Assembly (NCBI RefSeq): GCF_021869535.1
Contig: NW_026262582.1
Location: 45,570,001-45,634,000 of the forward strand
DNA from: Mytilus californianus
Taxonomy: Eukaryota
Length of the DNA stretch: 64,000 nt
Direction: 5' to 3'
The notes beneath the pieces were generated by a model that saw only the letters and a list, made by a program, of their open reading frames with translations, had not been told where the DNA came from and did no database searches. The translations under genes and the position numbers were made by a program. This document shows, piece by piece, positions 1 through 13,045 of this stretch (position 1 is the stretch's first letter; each line of letters begins with the position of its first letter).

Positions 1-67
1 GTATAAAAATCAGTTCCTTAATATTTCGGCCAAACAAGTGCATAGAATAAAATTCCTTTTCTTTTTT

Positions 68-424
68 ATGTCCACTCTGACCTCTGTATTGGCAAAAAAT
101 ATTCCACTGTTGGCAAATGGAAAATGTTCATACTAGATATATATACAACCTCTTGATTAAGAATTTTCAAAGCATTAGAAAGAAATGTCTGCAAAATTTA
201 ACCCTAGACTCTATCTAAATAATAACTGACATATCTAGGTCTATCTATTAATGTCCACTCTGACCTCTGTATTGGCAAAGAACATTCCACTGTTGGCAAA
301 TGGAAAATGGTCATACTATATACTACCTCTGGATTAAGAATATTCAAAGCAAGAAATATTTGTCTGAAAAATTTATCCGTAGACTATCCAAATAATAACT
401 GACATAACTAGGTCTATCTATTAA
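68..424. repeat. Two-copy tandem duplication, ~183 bp unit
   Basis: atgtccactctgacctctgtattggcaaa... starts at 68 and again at 251, with high identity through ...ggtctatctattaat. Confidence 0.9.
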
Positions 425-634
425 TCAAAATCAGAAAATTTATATAAAATATTTAAATATTTTGTTCTAGTCACTGTCTTTTGATCATGGTGTTTCTATC
501 AAATTCCATTATTGTTTGACAAAGTTATTGATTGAACCTTAATTTCATTGATGGCACAGACAGAATGTAGGATCTTTATGTCTTGCATGATTTTCCTTGC
601 AGGTTTGACAATAATTTCATTGGTTAATAGTATA

Positions 635-760
635 CTATCTTATCTGACAGGATGTCCCCGTCTGCCCCTGAACTATTTTGATAAAGTTTTTGTAATTGGT
701 CATTTCTTCAGCCAGTTTTCCACCCAATGTCGGAATATTCAAATCAGTCTCCGGACAATT
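635..760 (-). pseudogene. Ankyrin-repeat gene, 3' exon remnant
   Basis: After a ctttgtagtag acceptor it translates NCPETDLNIPTLGGKLAEEMTNYKNFIKIVQGQTGTSCQIR*. The phase-0 start fits the exon at 1480-1694, and DLNIPT..GK.AEEM resembles a terminal ankyrin repeat. Confidence 0.55.
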
Positions 761-1261
761 CTACTACAAAGAATAATATGTATATAATGATTACACTAAA
801 ACTTTTGTTTTGACTGATGTTTTTTATTATTTTTTTTTTTATTATTTATCTTTTTTATTGATCAAATATGAGTTAATCCTGATTTGAACTAGACAGATAG
901 GCTGCTTTGGATTTTTAAATTGCTAGCTCCCAGGATCATAATAAGTAGGAATACACATTTCTGTATCAGTCACAGTGTGAACTCTGAGCCGACCAGTCTT
1001 TGCCTCTACTCCAAAATGACAAGTGCTTGTTGGAAAAGTAACAAATACCAATTCAAAAGCTGTTTGTTTGCATTAGACAAAGATCTGACCTGGAACTTCC
1101 TTTATTCATGGAGAATACACTACAACAAGATTGTTATGTGGTTCTTTTTAGATAAATTAATTTCAATGCATTAAAATCAATCAATTGATAATTATAAACT
1201 ATTTTAAATAACATCATATCATTTAAATAAGCGAAAGGTACATTCTCACATTGTTGAAATC

Positions 1262-1452
1262 AAATGTCATGTTGTCACCTTAGCAAATGTTAAGTTGTCA
1301 ACTTATTAAATGTCATGCTGTTACAATGTAACTTATCAAATGACATGTTGTCAACTTATCAAATGTCATGTTATCAACTTAGTAAATGTCATGCTGTCAA
1401 CTTGTCAATTGTCATGATGTCAACTTATCAAATGTCATGTTGTCAACTTATC
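1262..1452. repeat. Degenerate ~11/23-bp minisatellite (aaatgtcatgttgtcaacttatc)
   Basis: The motif is visibly reiterated about 8 times. Confidence 0.85.
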
Positions 1453-1479
1453 ATATACAAACAATATACATGTACTCAC

Positions 1480-1694
1480 AACAAGAATTTCTATACATTT
1501 CTTCCTTTCTTAGTGGCAGGCTAAATGTAAAGGGGTTAAACCTGAGCTGTTTTGAAGGTTGATAGTCGTATCATTGGGATCTATTTTTAGTAACAGCTCC
1601 ACAATTCTGAAGTTATCTCCCTTGAGTAGAGAAGTATGCAGTGTAATCGAACCATCCATGGAATTAACAGCACAAATATGATTGATGAATCCAT
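1480..1694 (-). pseudogene. Ankyrin-repeat gene exon with an in-frame stop
   Basis: Bounded by aacag| and |gtgagt. Translates GFINHICAVNSMDGSITLHTSLLKGDNFRIVELLLKIDPNDTTINLQNSSGLTPLHLACH*ERKKCIEILV, which contains the canonical G-x-TPLHLA ankyrin motif and a TAA at codon 61. Confidence 0.8.
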
Positions 1695-4600
1695 CTGTTA
1701 TTAAACAAAAATAACATAGTTTATTACATTTTGATTTGCATGGCAGGTGATATTAACCATATTGAGGCACACAGTCTCACTCCTTTCGGAGTTCAAGCGA
1801 TTTCCTCAGCATATGTTTTTTACCTTGATTTATATCTTCTCAACAGATTTATGAGATTTGAATATCAGTTAACTACTGTCATGACTGTTATCTCTAATTC
1901 ATTTCATCTGCATACTATTTATACAGGAAACTTTGAAACTAAGTATACATGAAATATGTTCTATATAAGAAAAGGCAAGTAAAATTCAGGAATGTTTGTT
2001 GCCAAAACATTGATCATTTCAATGAAACCTAGATACTTGTTAGGGAACATTAGTGTCTATAGGATTGAACAAACAAAGGGACAAAACAATTTATAGGTAC
2101 AGTGCTAGTTGCTTCTGTAAGTGGGGAATAACAATTATAGGGCGGACAGTGTTTTTCTTGTTTTGTTTTTACATAAATCAGGGCTTTGATCTATTACCTA
2201 AATGGACATTTTCATTCATAGACTTATCAAATTTTAAAACCTCAAAGAACTATAAATAAATCATGCAAACATTAATCATGTAACTGGTTTCTGCAGTTAA
2301 ATATACGAGGCAATGGCATTTTAAAACTCTGTGTACAATACCATGATAAATGGATAATCCTGATGGTCGACTAATATCTTAATAGTCTCAACTTTTCTGT
2401 TCTCTGTCACCTAAGATCTACAATTTTTCATGCAGAAAAGATTAGAAAAATGTAGCCATAGCAACTATTTAAAAGGAGCAGTGCAAAAGAAGACTTACCT
2501 TTTCAGAAGTAAAATAGTGGTAATTTCAAAGCAATTATTGTCAATGAAGTATCTTTTGAAAGATAATATCGAATTAATTACAAAAAAAGTTTGAAAACAT
2601 AAGTGAGCAATGATTTTATTTTGGCACATTGACCCTTGTTTCATAATATAAATTTCTTTGCTTTTTAGTTTGGAGGTTTTCAATTTACTTTTGTGTTAGA
2701 AAATGTATTTGGGGGAAAAATCAATACAATGATTGATTGATTAGTTATAGATGTTTAATGCCACTTTTAGCAACACTTCGCTATATCATAGCAGCAAGTT
2801 TTTATTGGTATTTTTTTAAAACAACATCCACAAATCCATATATAATATGAGCGTGGAAAGTATTGTCAGGAAACTTCTCGATTCATATAACAGGCAGCAA
2901 AGCAAAACCCACTTGACTTCAAATCTATATGCAAGCTCTATAAAAGAGATACTTTTTTATTTCATTTCTGAAGCGTTTCTCACAACTGAATGATAAGTAC
3001 AATGAGCTTCACCTAAAACCATTACAACAAATAAAATTAAAATATTTTATGTCATTAAACTACAAAGTTAACATTAATATATGTTTCATACAATATTTAA
3101 ATTCTATTTTAATTTTGTTTATCAATTCAGCATACCACCATTTTCTTACATTAGGAACTATTCTTCCTTCATAGATGAACATGAAACTTAATCGAAGTTA
3201 ATGATTGCAAAATATGAGACGTTATGTTGAAAGCTGTGTAATCCAGGCTTTTTCGGGGAACATATTTCTACTTTTGCAAACATTAAATAGAATGAAAATA
3301 TCTGCTTTGAAGTTTTACTTTACCTTCTTGACTATCAGTTCTCACAGAGTCAGCATCCAGAGCTCCAGAATCATTTTCCGAGTTGTCTTCTCTTGACAGA
3401 TAAATCCGTTTCAGCTATTTCTGATATGTTTGGGTTTTTTTTTCTCCTCTAGATCTTTGAATGATAGTCACTTTACTAGTTAAGGACACAATATCATCAT
3501 ATAAGAGTGATTTTAAGTTACACTAATTCTTGAAAATGACAAAACTGTAAAACAAAAACCTGACCGAAACAAGTTCCTATTCAACCAATTAATGTTTTTG
3601 AATATTTTTTTTTTTCCTCTAATAAATATGACCTTAAAATGGAACAAAAAAGAAAAAATACAAAATATATCACAAGAGTTTATAATCAACTGCAAAGGAT
3701 TGTTGGTAAACAGCAGACTGTAACAGAAAAAGAACTACAATCAACATAAGCAACTTTATATGGTGCCATTAGTGGAGTGTTACCTCTTGACCTCTATGAA
3801 TAAAACCTAAGTCAAAACAAGTCAGTTCTTTTTTTTTCAAAAATTGCAATTCACCACTTATATGAAGGTAAACTCGCCATAAACAAAGTTGTTCTTTTTC
3901 AGTTTTGTTTATGTTCTTTTTCTATCAAACTCATGACCAAATATGTTTGCCTCTGTCTGTGTGATAAGATTTCAATCCAAACACCTTCATATTCTGGAAC
4001 AGAAAATAGGTTTCCATTGGAATCCAGAAGAGCTGTTGTTGCTTCATGATAAAATAATCATTTGACAGGTTTTGAAAAAACCTGGAGAGAAAGAAGCAGA
4101 TTGTACAATAAAACATCTTTATTTGGAATTATCTTTAACATTTTGGGAGATTTTATTCTTTCTGGTAAATAATTAGTCATTAGCATTGAAATTGATATCA
4201 CACATTTGCAAAAGACACTTTATTGTGAAATATGCAAGACTATCATGCTAAACAGTTTTTTCATACACCGTTACAAGTCTGAATTTAAGAATACAGGGAT
4301 CTAATGATATTTGAAATTATCAGAAGCAATCAGCATATCAGTTTTTAATTCAGTCGGAATTCATAATCAACGTAAATTTTCAGTTTGAATTTAGTTATTT
4401 ATTGCTGAAAGAAGCATAATCCATTCTGTAGTAATTTGTAATTTTAAATCATGAAAATTAATTTCCAACTGTGCATGCCAAAAAATCCTTCTAAAAATTC
4501 AAAACAAAACAGGCATCAAATTTCATGTTAAATAGGCTGTAAAACTACTTACACATCGGTGTTTTTGTTGTGACTGTTTATATGACTTTGAGTTTGATTA

Positions 4601-4786
4601 AAATGACACCAACTTTCATGCCCTCAAAAACTTTCTAGAATATTTAATTACTGTACAAGGCTCTTTTTTTAAACAATCAATAATTAATCTAATTAGCACA
4701 AAAAACTAAATAATCACTTGAAAATAACCTAATGGTTAGAAAAATATCTACATCAAGACTCATAACAAATCATTGGTGGCCTTTAC

Positions 4787-5003
4787 CTTTTACTGCTTCT
4801 TACTGTAGCGCTGTTTTGTCCGAACCATTTAAAGCATTGATACTAAGCGTCCTTCTAGAACTCTCTGATGATCTCCCAACATCAACTCCACACTGAGGCT
4901 TTCAGGAATTGAACTGGAATTCCAAACATCTATACCACCTAGACTTGCAGCTAAATGCAAAACTGTATTTTCTGTAGCTAGATGGCGCTTTCTTAGATCA
5001 GCT
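4787..5003 (-). pseudogene. Ankyrin-repeat gene exon, frameshifted and with stops
   Basis: Bounded by atttcag| and |gtaaag. One frame gives ADLRKRHLATENTVLHLAASLGGIDV; another gives ...INALNGSDKTALQ*EAVK. Both are ankyrin-like. Confidence 0.65.
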
Positions 5004-6329
5004 CTGAAATAGCAAATTGGGATTTGTATTCAATTTTAGATCACTTCATACTAGTCTTCATTTAATGCTAGGTTAAATGACAATGCAAAATAAATGATTA
5101 AAAATTGTAAATTAAATCGTTCTAGACCAAATATTCCATAAAACAGAAGCTCAGTGATGAAAATTTCCATGTTAAGCGAGCATAATAAAATTTGAATTAT
5201 CTTTAAACAGGAAGTGACCATCTGACATATCTGAAAATTGCATACATGGTACAATTCAATAAAGTTTTTCATTTCATAATACATAATTGACACTACCTTG
5301 GTTTAAATCCAAGAATCGTGTACTCGTGACAACTTTGCATCAAACATATCATTTCGAAGACTTAGTTTATTTGTCATACGCCAGTGAAGTTAGGTACCAT
5401 ATTTTGTTTTGTGTTCAATTTTACACTATCCTATGTTTTATTGAGAATATTTCTTAAGGTGTACTTTTTTAACAGCATTTTTTGGACAGGTTTATTGTTC
5501 ATTTGCAGAACGATTAAACACAGGATCAGAATAGTAACAGCCATTTGTTACTTCGAATTATTGTCAGTTATTGTCAGAAAGACTATAATTACTGTTATCT
5601 TTTGAAAACATTTGTGACAGTGATGTTTTTTATTGACAATTACATTAACCATTGATATTGTTTCCAATCGTCCATCAGCTGCAATAGACTGGAACGTTTT
5701 ATTTTTGGCTCAGAGCAGTATTTAAAACAAAATAATGTACAAATGACATTAGTTTTAAAAATCAGTCCCAAGGCCTAAAGGATATTTCAAAAGTTTTAGT
5801 CATTTGAAATACTTTTTCAAATTTAAAACACGAACTTTCAGAAACGACCATGACATTGCACGTTAAATTTAAAACAAGCTGATTGCCAAAACTTAATTGT
5901 AATACATTAAACACGTTAAAGGAAGGTAACTGAATATTACTTAAAATTACAGGTATGTAACTGATTTGTGCAAATCTGGTTATATAACACGATGCTGAAC
6001 TGCCTTTGAAGTTAATCACATGAAAGCAGATCAGCATTTCATATTGCATTTTCAGCACTTGTTACCCAAGTCAGATTGATTGAATTTCTCTATTGATCTT
6101 GTATGATCATGTTCATTTCATACAGAACACTTGATTATCAGTTGTTATTTTACAAATACCGTCTATATTCTAGATTTGTTTTCTAATTTTTATAAACGCA
6201 CACATTCATATATAAAACAAATTTTATTCAGACCTATACGAAGATTAGTATAAGTAATAAGTTTTGCAACACATATTGTAGTTATGTACAAACACCTCGT
6301 CGAATTTGTGACTGTTCCTTCTTTTATAG

Positions 6330-6604
6330 GGAATTCGTTGGATTCAGTCACCCATAATAGTCAGCTTTTTTCAACGCTAGATAGAGACAGTTCGACTGGT
6401 GCTTGTCAAAAGCGATTTAAAGGTGCTTGGTGGTTAAAAAGCTGTCATCACTCTAATCTAAATATATTGTACTTACATGGTTCTCACAAAAGATTTGCAG
6501 ATGGTATTGAATGGTACCCCTGGAAAGGTTACAATTACTCCCTCAAGAAGACACAAATGATGATTCGACGCCGTCGTTATCATGATATTTTATTTCATAA
6601 CTGA
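6330..6604 (+). pseudogene. Fibrinogen-related protein (FReD/FBG domain) terminal exon, apparently orphan
   Basis: After a ttttatag acceptor it reads [83 protein letters not shown], matching the fibrinogen C-terminal motifs FST.DRD, GAWW..SC..SNLNG and W..WKG..YSLK. The conserved NLNG reads NLNI and the paralog's TAA reads TAT. No upstream exons were found. Confidence 0.85.
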
Positions 6605-6845
6605 TGATACTCATTGTTTATAGACTTAGAAACAAATGCTGTTTATGGTACATTGACGCATAAAACTACAGGCAGACATGTTTTCTCTCTTGTTAATATT
6701 ATAATTTTAAAATCATAAACATTTATATCTGTCTTTCTAAATTGTATTTCGCAATAACAAAATGCATTTACATTTTCTAGTACAATATCGAAGCATCTTG
6801 TAATTTCAATCGTTTCCACATCTCCTCGTGTCAGTTTTTTACATG

Positions 6846-7260
6846 TATTATTTAAAAGAGGGACGAAAGATACCAGAGGGACAGTCAAACTCATAGATCG
6901 AAAACAAACTGACAACGTCATGGCCAAAAATAAAAAGACAAACAGACAAATAATAATACAGATGACACAACATAGAAAACTAAAGACTAAGCAACACGAA
7001 CCCCACCAAAAACTGGGGGTGATCTCAGGTGCTCCGGAAGGGTAAGCAGATCCTGCTCCACATGTGGCACCCGTCGAGTTGCTTATGTTATTACAAATCC
7101 GGTAAATAGTCTAATTCGGTAAGTCACATTCGTGAAAAGGGAAGGATATTGTAGTTACGACATAAGGAACATATCCGATATCATCTGTGAAACGGTTATT
7201 CCATAACGGTCAACCAACTTGTGATGGCGTCCGTAAAATTTACGAAGGGATGACTTTAAC
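6846..7260 (-). mobile_element. 3' end of a Penelope-like (PLE) RT retroelement
   Basis: 7259-7155 translates LKSSLRKFYGRHHKLVDRYGITVSQMISDMFLMS*, the C-terminus following the YGVYISQLIRY-type RT. Related tails occur at ~43960, ~46590-46800 and ~55935-56120. Absent from unit B. Confidence 0.7.
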
Positions 7261-8559
7261 ACTTGTGACAAAAGCTGAAAAATAATATGCGCCTTTATTT
7301 TATGCATACTTTGATCTTTTCAATTGAATGTTCGTTTTATTTTAATTATTAATCTTTGTATTGATAACTGATATACGCAATACAATTTTTTGTTTTGTGT
7401 AAGCCGTTTAAAGTGAAACCATTTGTCTCATTTGTTTTACCTGTCACGACTGGTTCCGTCATGCATTTAATGAATAATTTGTTACCATTTGACACCAAAT
7501 TGTAGTTAAGTCATCTATTTTCAGACTTTATCAATTTATAATTTAAAACGTATAACAGGCGAGCAGGAATTGTACATGGTGGATTCATTAGTGTTTGTAA
7601 ATTGTTCATCAGAAGTTGAAGCAATGGGAGAATTCTCAAAACTTTCTTCGTTTCAACAAAGGTAAATACTCATACCGTATAGCGGGTTATTTTTGCGGGG
7701 TGTTTATTTTCGCTTATTTTAACGGATAAATGAAAACCGCTAAAATAAATGTATGCATACGTTCGGTACTTTCTATTAGTTTCAGTCGATATACACGCAA
7801 TTTTGAAATTATTAATTAACAACCGTTCTTTCTAATAGCTAAAGCGTTTTGTGATCGATCCATTTGGTTTTTTTTCCAATTGGCAGATCAATAATAGTAT
7901 CTGTTAATTTTTAGATCAAGTTACAGCAAATGGGCTATGTCACATATATTGGTATAGTTTTGCATACAACTCCGACTCGTTGAACTATATCTGAAAATCG
8001 AAAAAAATAATGCATTTATCTCTTTTATCATCTGAAATATTACTGATAAAATTTTTTAAAAACATTTGTATAGACAGCACATAAAATTGGCGAAAAACCT
8101 TCTTAAGTTTGATGGGTATAAAATACCCGATTAAATGATTTGGAGTGATTTAAGGGAAAAAACAAAAAGTTGTCTGGAGGTCTGGAAAACCAGACCTTCG
8201 CCGACAAAACTTTATTACAAAAAGTATTATTTTCTCCTTGGTTGGGTATTAAATTCCAAACCAATATTTAAACGAAATATACAAATCTTTTCGGGCATTT
8301 ATTTGGAATAATAAATTGAAACAAATAGAAAGGAACATTTGTAGTTAAGAGACTAAAACGGAATGGTTTGGTATGATTAACTTTGTAATAGTAGACAAAT
8401 GCAATGTTTATACAAAATTAATCACTCGGATGAAGAAACTTGGAATATTATAGGTAATTTTATACAAATGCCCATAACTCTTTTTCACAACTAAGGAAAG
8501 TATATTAACTCAATGAGAAAGAAGAAATACTGAAAACTAGACTTCAAACTTATTCATTC

Positions 8560-9000
8560 AGTGTATGTTGACTTTTTTTTGTTTAAATGTCTTTTTGACC
8601 GAGTTAAGCTATTTCAATTGATATTTTATAGTGTGTCTTTTTGTGCTGTAATGTTACACTACTGTCTCAGGTTAGGGTGAAGGTTGGCCCCTGTTAAAAC
8701 GTTTAAACCAGATGCATTTCAATGCACCTGTCCTAGGTCAAGAGCCTGTTGTTCAGTGGTTGTCGTTTGTTGATGTGGTTCATAGGTGTTTCTTGTTTCT
8801 CGTTTTTTATATAGATTAGACCGTTTGTTTTCCTGTTTGAATTGTTTTACACAAGTCGTTTTGGGACCCTTTATAGCTTGCTGTTTGGTGCGAGGCTCCG
8901 TGTTGTAGGCCGTACTTTGACCTATAATTGTTAACTTTTTATACATTGTGACTTGGATGGAGAGTTGTCTTATTGGCACTCATACCACATCCTCTTATTT
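8560..9000 (-). mobile_element. High-copy interspersed repeat (PLE terminal-repeat-like family; ...gatgtggtatgagtgccaatgagacaactctcc...)
   Basis: The same sequence recurs at ~10480-10860, 15210-15600, 24690-24940, 44760-44985 and 58495-58900, and it abuts the PLE RT fragments. Confidence 0.7.
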
Positions 9001-9189
9001 ATATTGCTTGTATCTCCGCTATTGAATGTAAAAGAAGCTCTCAATGTTTTAAATAGTTCACCATGAGTAAAATAGTAGAATTTTGAAACGAAACCTTTCA
9101 AAGACTGTAATCATATATATATAACCGACTAACGGTACAAGAAATTGCTTAGCCGATTATTCAAAAAATAAAAATGCTATATCTAAAAT

Positions 9190-9560
9190 GTACATAGGTA
9201 TACTTAAGGGTACCAACGTTTTATCGAGTAAGCAGGACAATTCGTTAATTAAATTCGACAACTTAGATCTAAAAACAATTTCAGGTGTTGAAATAACACC
9301 ACAACAAATAATAGATCAGAATGATATTCAAGGCAAACTTAATCAAAATACCATACCGAAGTGGAAACTGAGTTTGCTGTAAGTATTGACTGGAACTCGG
9401 TTTGGGGTATTTCAAGAAATCTAGTTGTGAAAAAACAAAATTGGTGAATTCCAATTGAAGTTCATACATAACAGTATTTACACGGAAATAGACTACATCG
9501 ATTTGAACATTCACTGGTTCAAGATAACTGTCATTTTTGCAAAACACATACTGTAAAACG
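9190..9560 (+). mobile_element. Degenerate L1/Tx1-type LINE ORF2 C-terminal remnant
   Basis: Frameshifted pieces PKW/ETEFAVSIDWNSVW, EFQLKFIHNSIYT and GNRLHRF...DNCHFCK resemble the C-terminal cysteine-rich region of L1/Tx1 ORF2. It is followed by a ~178-bp local tandem duplication (9493-9840). Confidence 0.5.
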
Positions 9561-10479
9561 ATCTTCCCATTAATAACAGATTAAAAAACTATTTACATTA
9601 ATATATACGAACTATGCTCAAACTTGGTATACATACGAATGACAAAAAAAATTATTTAAACGGAATCAAACCTACATCGATTTGAACATTCATTAGTTCA
9701 AGATAACTTTCATTTTTGTAAAAATCACCTTGAAACACAAACTGTAAAACGATCTTCCCATTAGTAACAGAATAAAAAACTATTTACATTAATATATACG
9801 AACTATTTTCAAACCTGGTATACATACGGACGACAAAAGATAATTAGGTATAATAAAGGTACCGATGTACAGGAATTTTGAATATTTATTTAAAAACATG
9901 GACAGTTTTCGAATAACAAGTTTTGAAATTGACTTTTATAACCTTCAGGACAATATGTACTAGACATATCGTATATATATACGGATAAAAATGGATTTTT
10001 TTTGTGCACTATTAAAAGATATAAAAATACGAAAAGACGTGGATGATTGCCAACTGACGTAGAAGTCAACACCCATAGGTCCCTATTCGACCTTCAACAA
10101 TGAGCAAAATCCATACCGCATAGTCAGATATGTCAGGCCTAGAAATGACAAATGTTAAACGGTTGAAACGAGAAAACTAACGGTCTGATTTATGTACAAA
10201 ACAATTAATGAAAGATAATATAATATACAGCAACAAACGACAACCACTGAAAATCAGGCTCCTGATATTGGATTCTTGTTTGAAATCTTTTACATTTAAC
10301 ATTTCGGGGCCTTTTTAAATGACTATTCGATATGTGTTTTGCTTATTGTTGAAGGCCGAACGATGACCTATAGTTAACCTCAATGTCATTTGGTCTGTGG
10401 TGGAGTGTTGTCTCATTGGCAATAATACCCCATGTTCTTTTATACACACAGAATGTTAGAGTGTTAAACATAGATATAA

Positions 10480-12460
10480 AAAGATGTGATATGAGTGCCA
10501 ATGAGACAACTCACCATCCAAGAAAACCATTATAGGTCAAAGTACGGCCTTCAACACGGAGCATTGGCTCACACCGAACAGAAAGCTATAAAGGGCCCCA
10601 AAAATGACTAGTGTAAAACCGTTCAAACAGGAAAACGACAACAACTGAACATCAGGTTCCTGACTAAGGACAGGTGCAAACAAATACAGTTGAGTTAAAC
10701 GTTTTAATAGGCGCCAACCTTCACCCTAACCTGAAACAATAGTGTAACATCACAACATAGAAAGACACACTATGAAATATCAATTGAAATGGCTTAACTC
10801 AATCAAAAGACATATTAACAAAAACAAGTGAACATACACTAAACGAATAAATTTGATCTATGACACAATGTCAATACAAAGTTGATAAAAAGGGGGTGAG
10901 ATGTAAAACAATATCAGAAAGATAACCATAACCTTGGACAAAATGCCGCCATATAAAATAACCTACACAGGTAACTAAAAATAATTTTGTTGTAAGGTAT
11001 ACATGGCTGAGTACGGAAATATTGTTTACAAAATAAATAATTTTGTTGTTCATAGTACGAGAACAGAAGTGAAAATTTATCGTCATACCAAACACTTATC
11101 AAAGGTGGTATATATTAATAATAGTGAGACGAAATATAACATTAACATGATTAAATAAGTAAACATTAAATAACAAACCTGCATTACAAATTGTATCAAC
11201 AGGTCAAATTAACACAAAAGTACGATTTGAGAGAACTCGCAGTTACTGAAAGCCAGTTAAAAGCCAAAAACAATTAATGATAAAAAATCATGAATCAGAG
11301 ACTAAAATCAACTGAAACACATCCCAGGGATTTAGTGTTTTAACGTCATGGACAGTCAAAGAAGACATGACTTGTGCAATGCCAAAATAAAAGTATCGAC
11401 AGGCAGTAGGATAGTTAGGAGTTAACCTTTTAATAAATATGTATAATGTTATATATAGATAAGTAATCTCTATATAGAAAATGAACGTGGATGTGTATTT
11501 ATACTTCCCAAAAACCGTTTGAAAAGAATACAAATTTAGTTATGTTTTAACTTGCTGATGACAAAGTCGATATTTGTGCCAATGTAAATATATTCAAAGA
11601 TCTAATTACAACATTGGTAAGATAACTTTTACTAATAAGTTTGTTTAAAGGTTCGATGAGTTTACACATAGTGATTTCCGCGCTTTTAGTACAATATTAC
11701 CGTAAAATTTAAGATGTGAAATACCGTTTTTATTAAGTTTTCTACAGGTGCAGCCAAATTTACTAATCAAATCTTTGTTTCTATGAAAGAATTTAGTAAA
11801 AGTTTTAAGTAATTTATGGTAACGAAATCCCTGACTAAATAATTTACCAGTGATGCATTGATTACGTTCGTTAAAATCTATGTTATCACTACAAACACGG
11901 GCATAACGAACGAGTTGGGATATAAACACCGTATGATGGAGCCAAAGGAACATTGCCGTCTAAAAAAGGAAAATTAACAATAGGGAATGAAAAATCGTCT
12001 CTTTTGTCGTAAATTTTAGTATGGAGTTTCCCTTTAGAAATTGAAATGTCTAAATCTAGAAAAGGACTGTGTTTGCTTGCACCAACCTCACCCCCTTTTA
12101 AACCTGAGACAGTAGTGTAACAGTACAACATTAAACAAACTATTAAAATCAGTTGAAAAGTGCTTAACTCATTAGATCGATACAGAGTAGATAAAACAAC
12201 TAGCGAGAAAAAAAAACACAGACCGGATTTGGCAAGGAATTTGTAAATCCGTCACACAAAAAAAAACCACAAAGTACAGATCTAAGAGGTCTCACAGTAC
12301 TTACAGCTAGTTCAAAGCCAAAAACCACTCATCGAAAATCATGTTTCTAAGTCAGTATAAAGTTTGAAATCAGTTATTTGTTAAACGTAGACAAATTGTT
12401 AATCACAACAAAAAGAGAAATGTAAACACAATGCCATGTTTCATGAGCGATTCATGAGTA
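10480..12460 (-). mobile_element. 5'-truncated Penelope-like retroelement (RT C-terminus at ~11645-12070 flanked by terminal-repeat-like sequence)
   Basis: PFLDLDISISKGKLHTKIYDKRDDFSFPIVNFPFLDGNVPLAPSYGVY, then a frameshift, then ISQLVRYARVCSDNIDFNERNQCITGKLFSQGFRYHKLLKTFTKFFHR. Confidence 0.8.
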
Positions 12461-12644
12461 ACCTTTGCATCTCAGGAAACTTATATTAATCCATTTTTAG
12501 TAATTTCCAATGAACCAACGAGGCACCCTTAAAAAGTATTAAAGCCAACACAGTTTAGTATGTTCATTCAAATTGTTTGTTCACTCGAGTGAAATCTGTA
12601 GCCAGAAAAAAAAAGGTTAAGCAACAAACAATCAATCAGTCAAT

Positions 12645-12920
12645 CGCTGTAGCGTGCTTGCCCTGAGTGAGGGAAGTTATGGGTTCGATCCCAGGCCAAG
12701 TAAAACCAAATACTTGAAAATTGGTATTTGTTACTTTTCTGCATAATACTAGACATTTAGCAGTAAGAGCCCAGACTGTTCAGCTCGGAGTCAGAACAAT
12801 GACTCATGTCTTCCTGTGGTCTGTTATCGTTTTATCTAGCATGTTAAAAATCTTGCTCAGGATGTCGGTATTGTAAAAACCAAGGTTCATATTCACATCA
12901 CCATCTAGTTTATGCCATGG
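12645..12920 (+). mobile_element. tRNA-derived SINE (RUDI-like by recollection), degenerate
   Basis: B-box ggttcgatccc followed by aaaccaaa..aaaattggtatttgttacttttctgc. Paralogous copy at ~34045-34320. Confidence 0.6.
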
Positions 12921-12997
12921 TTAAACATTTTCTAATTTTATATTTAATGCATTCTTGAAGTTATTTTATGTCTCGTTGTCTTAACTCGTCGTCGCCA

Positions 12998-13045
12998 TCA
13001 GCACTTATCAATAACAGCTATTGCGTCAACCTCTAACTGCGCTCC
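12998..13045 (-). CDS. RIDA: RidA-family gene copy A, last exon (GAQLEVDAIAVIDKC*)
   Basis: tttttcag acceptor, phase 0; contains the conserved Glu (Salmonella E120 equivalent); ends in TGA. Confidence 0.9.
   Translation of the reverse strand, partial: GAQLEVDAIAVIDKC

Noticed and set aside
12800-12997. SECIS element in the RidA 3' UTR
   Set aside because: ATGA...AA...TGAG words exist, but the intervening arms do not pair into a SECIS helix.
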